From an uncultured Methanomicrobiales archaeon (GTDB lineage: Archaea > Halobacteriota > Methanomicrobia > Methanomicrobiales > Methanospirillaceae): DNA of 64,000 bases. Below the pieces are notes generated by a model. The model did no database searches. It saw nothing but the letters and a program-made list of their open reading frames with translations, and was not told where the DNA came from. The stretch is from the NCBI GenBank assembly GCA_963697895.1, contig OY969100.1, positions 320,001 to 384,000 of the forward strand, given 5' to 3'. The position numbers and the translations under genes were made by a program. Below, piece by piece: positions 62,879 through 64,000 of this stretch; position 1 is the first letter of the stretch, and each line of letters opens with the position of its first letter.

Positions 62879-64000
62879 TCATATTGCTGTGCCTCCTGCG
62901 TGGCGAAGGGTGAAGCAGATGATGAGCCCGGAAACTGATATGGCCGTAAAGAACAGCATAGTGGTCCGGTTCGCGGATAGGAATGCCGATATATGGGCGG
63001 GGACGATCGCAGCCCCTCCAAGGACGAGTGAGAATATGACAGTCGTAATTGCGAGGCTCAGGGTGATTCCCACGAGACGCATGGATTCAGCCATCGATCC
63101 CGCGAGGCCGTAATTATCCTGTCCGACCGCATTGATCACCATATGAGCCAGCGAGGGTTGAAAAAACGCGATCCCCAGTCCATATAGAAAATACGCTGCG
63201 ATTACGACAGAGATCGGAGTAATCCGGCTGAGAAAGACAAGGGGAATAAGCCCGGCAATGAGAACAATGAGTCCGCCCGATGCGACAAGACCCGGACTTA
63301 TCCGGTCTGAAAGTCTTCCGCCGTATGGGACGAAAACGATTGTTGCAATCACCTGGGAGAGCAGGATAAGTCCTGTAATACGGGAATCAAAACCCATCAC
63401 ATCCTGGAGATACAGGCTCCCGAGAACGGAGACGGCAAAGGACCCGGCCCAGGCCATTAGCACGACCACGTTCGCCCGCAAAAACACCATATTCCGGGAG
63501 AAGAGATGTAGATCGAGGAGCGGACTATTGCAGTTCCGTTCCCACCGGATAAACAGGGTTATGAACACCACCCCCAAAAAAATAGCAACAATACCAGGGA
63601 CACGGGGGAGTAACGTACATCCGATAATAAAGAAAAAGATCATGATCCCGAACAGGATACTCCCTCCCCGGTCTGGTTTTCTGGCCCGGGCCAGAGCACA
63701 CTCTCCGGGAATTCTGAACCGGATGAGGGCTGTTACGATGAGAGTTACCGGGATAACGAAAAGGAATATTGCCCTCCAGCCGATATAGAAGATAAGAAAT
63801 CCGCCAGCGAGAAACCCGAGAAGGAACCCCAGTGTCATCGCCATGACATTAAAACCAATCGCCTTTCCACGCTCCTCCGGGGGGAAAACGAGACTTAAAA
63901 GGGCGATGGAGGTGCCGAATATCATCGCAGCCCCGATGCCGGTCAGGAAGCGTGCTGCGATCAGAAACATGGCAGAAGGTGATAGTAAACAGAGCAATGC
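62879..64000 (-). CDS. MFS DHA2 transporter, 5'-truncated by window edge
   Basis: ARFLTGIGAAMIF, GWRAIF, GRLSDRI; paralogue of 49145..50584. Confidence 0.9.
   Translation of the reverse strand, partial: ALLCLLSPSAMFLIAARFLTGIGAAMIFGTSIALLSLVFPPEERGKAIGFNVMAMTLGFLLGFLAGGFLIFYIGWRAIFLFVIPVTLIVTALIRFRIPGECALARARKPDRGGSILFGIMIFFFIIGCTLLPRVPGIVAIFLGVVFITLFIRWERNCNSPLLDLHLFSRNMVFLRANVVVLMAWAGSFAVSVLGSLYLQDVMGFDSRITGLILLSQVIATIVFVPYGGRLSDRISPGLVASGGLIVLIAGLIPLVFLSRITPISVVIAAYFLYGLGIAFFQPSLAHMVINAVGQDNYGLAGSMAESMRLVGITLSLAITTVIFSLVLGGAAIVPAHISAFLSANRTTMLFFTAISVSGLIICFTLRHAGGTAI

Noticed and set aside
1-64000. CRISPR arrays, IS elements, prophage, defence systems, rRNA and tRNA
   Set aside because: No regularly spaced repeats, transposase, integrase or phage motifs, or structural RNA signatures seen by eye; a covariance-model scan would be needed to exclude small RNAs

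Overview
Archaeal chromosomal DNA. Gene content (cofE, F420-type fdhAB, PoK/PPS/coaBC, mptD, proteasome beta, aCPSF1, MCM, REC-PAS-'ITRHDILN' kinases, PKD surface protein) points to a hydrogenotrophic methanogen, most likely Methanomicrobiales (inference, no search run). About 57 coding regions. 1-14.5 kb: RNA/protein quality-control neighbourhood (aCPSF1, psmB, secG, pelota, Rqc2, EMC6-like, ABCE1). 14.7-26.4 kb: PKD surface protein, fdhAB, two duplicated small TPR genes and a divergent HTH-multi-PAS sensor. 27-44.4 kb: CoA biosynthesis, tRNA/ribosome biogenesis and replication/repair genes (two RFC small subunits, MCM, RPA-like, MPE, Lhr). 44.4-64 kb: more accessory region (PrpE-like ligase, Hsp20, MFS, DinB, PHP, ISF-like, signalling proteins). 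I saw no rRNA, tRNA, CRISPR array, transposase or prophage. Main observations: (i) six +1 frameshifts, three in normally essential genes, can each be repaired by deleting the central base of a 5-mer to restore a 4-bp palindrome (AGCT x4, GTAC, CTAG), probably a DNA-methylation footprint in long-read errors; (ii) two small genes are missing from the ORF track (secG and a 49-aa double zinc finger); (iii) the TPR pair shares duplicated upstream palindromes facing a kinase-less HTH-PAS sensor, next to fdhAB; (iv) a compact divergent pelota-Rqc2 / EMC6-like-ABCE1 locus. All family calls come from motif recognition by eye.
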